Source: Acidimicrobiia bacterium (GTDB taxonomy: Bacteria; Actinomycetota; Acidimicrobiia; Acidimicrobiales; JANYDT01). From it: DNA of 64,000 nucleotides. Of the stretch, positions 63,302 to 64,000 are shown piece by piece. The notes beneath the pieces were generated by a model. It did no database searches, was not told the DNA's origin, and saw only the letters and a list, made by a program, of their open reading frames with translations. The stretch covers positions 2,430 to 66,429 of the forward strand of contig JANPFX010000011.1 in the NCBI GenBank assembly GCA_031423635.1, read 5' to 3'. Positions within the stretch are counted from its first letter, which is position 1. Every line of letters starts with the position of its first letter. The position numbers and the translations under genes are program-made.

Positions 63302-64000
63302 TCACTGACTCATTCGACGGTTGCGGAGGAGAACGACGAGAACGACCGGCGCCCCCAGGAGCGCCGTGATGGCATTGATGGGCAGCACGCGATCATCGCC
63401 CGGCCACTGGGCGACGATCTCGCAGAACAGTGCGAGCGAGGCGCCGAGCAGAGCAGTGGCAACGACGAGCACACGGTGGCGGCCGTGACGGACAATACCC
63501 CGTGCCAGATGCGGGACAGCGATGCCAAGAAACCCGATCGGGCCGCAGAAGGCAGTGGTTGCACCAGTGCACAGCGCTGCCGAGAGAATGACAAGCGCGC
63601 GTACGAGCTTCAGGTTCATACCCAACGACACTGCGTAGCGGTCGCCGAGGAGGAGGCCGTCGAGCTGTTTCGCCAACATCAGGGCAACGAAAAGGCCGAT
63701 GCCGGTGGCGATCGTGAGCATGGTGACTTCACTCCAGCTCGTGCCCCGGAAGCTGCCGAGCGACCAGGTGACGAAACTGCGGGCGGCGTCAAGGGAGGAG
63801 AAGTAGACGAGCACGCTCACGAGCGCTCCGACGATTGTCGCCACCATCAATCCGGCCACGAGTACCGTCACCGGACTCTCCACCCGCTGCGCGATGGCGA
63901 GCACGAACAGGAGGACGACCGACGACCCGATGGCCGAGGCCAGAGTGACGTGAATGGCCGATGCTCCGCTGTACCGGCCGATCACGGCGATCGAACTCGA
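63302..64000 (-). CDS. FecCD family iron-chelate ABC permease, C-terminal part (gene continues past window end)
   Basis: The sequence is hydrophobic and ends in ...ITALLGAPVVLVVLLRNRR, typical of the FecCD/BtuC family. The ORF is open to the window edge. Confidence 0.8.
   Translation of the reverse strand, partial: SSSIAVIGRYSGASAIHVTLASAIGSSVVLLFVLAIAQRVESPVTVLVAGLMVATIVGALVSVLVYFSSLDAARSFVTWSLGSFRGTSWSEVTMLTIATGIGLFVALMLAKQLDGLLLGDRYAVSLGMNLKLVRALVILSAALCTGATTAFCGPIGFLGIAVPHLARGIVRHGRHRVLVVATALLGASLALFCEIVAQWPGDDRVLPINAITALLGAPVVLVVLLRNRRMSQ

Overview
This window is a high-GC stretch of chromosome (about two-thirds G+C by eye) that looks like an Actinomycetota genome. The pointers are mycothione reductase, an F420/PPOX-family protein, an ileS T-box, frequent GTG starts and many 4-nt stop/start overlaps. 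I call about 56 protein-coding genes, and most are core housekeeping. The reverse strand carries the conserved actinobacterial backbone dapA - rnj - ftsK ... rimO - pgsA ... cinA ... recA ... miaB, with accessory genes inserted between the blocks. Other blocks are: (a) a sortase-type surface protein coupled to an ABC exporter (1.3-6.8 kb); (b) pyk-mtr; (c) add plus an M20 amidohydrolase; (d) ileS with a T-box leader; (e) a phoX phosphatase; (f) an iron-acquisition neighbourhood at 58.5-64 kb (efeUOB, a thioredoxin-like ferredoxin and an Fe-chelate ABC importer). I found no rRNA, tRNA, CRISPR array, cas gene, transposase, integrase, phage gene or recognisable defence system. I therefore cannot point to a clear-cut novel multi-gene system. 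The signals that ordinary annotation does not explain are as follows. (1) The dapA ribosome-binding site and start codon are repeated in tandem, producing a chain of TGATG-coupled mini-ORFs. (2) Two inverted copies of a ~67-nt double-hairpin element bracket a two-gene envelope operon. (3) Two direct copies of a ~125-nt GGGTCGG/CCGACCC-rich palindromic element bracket a small secreted-protein gene. (4) Several intergenic repeat or palindrome arrays look like operators. All family assignments come from motif recognition by eye, because no database search could be run. Start codons in this GC-rich DNA are often uncertain by tens of codons.
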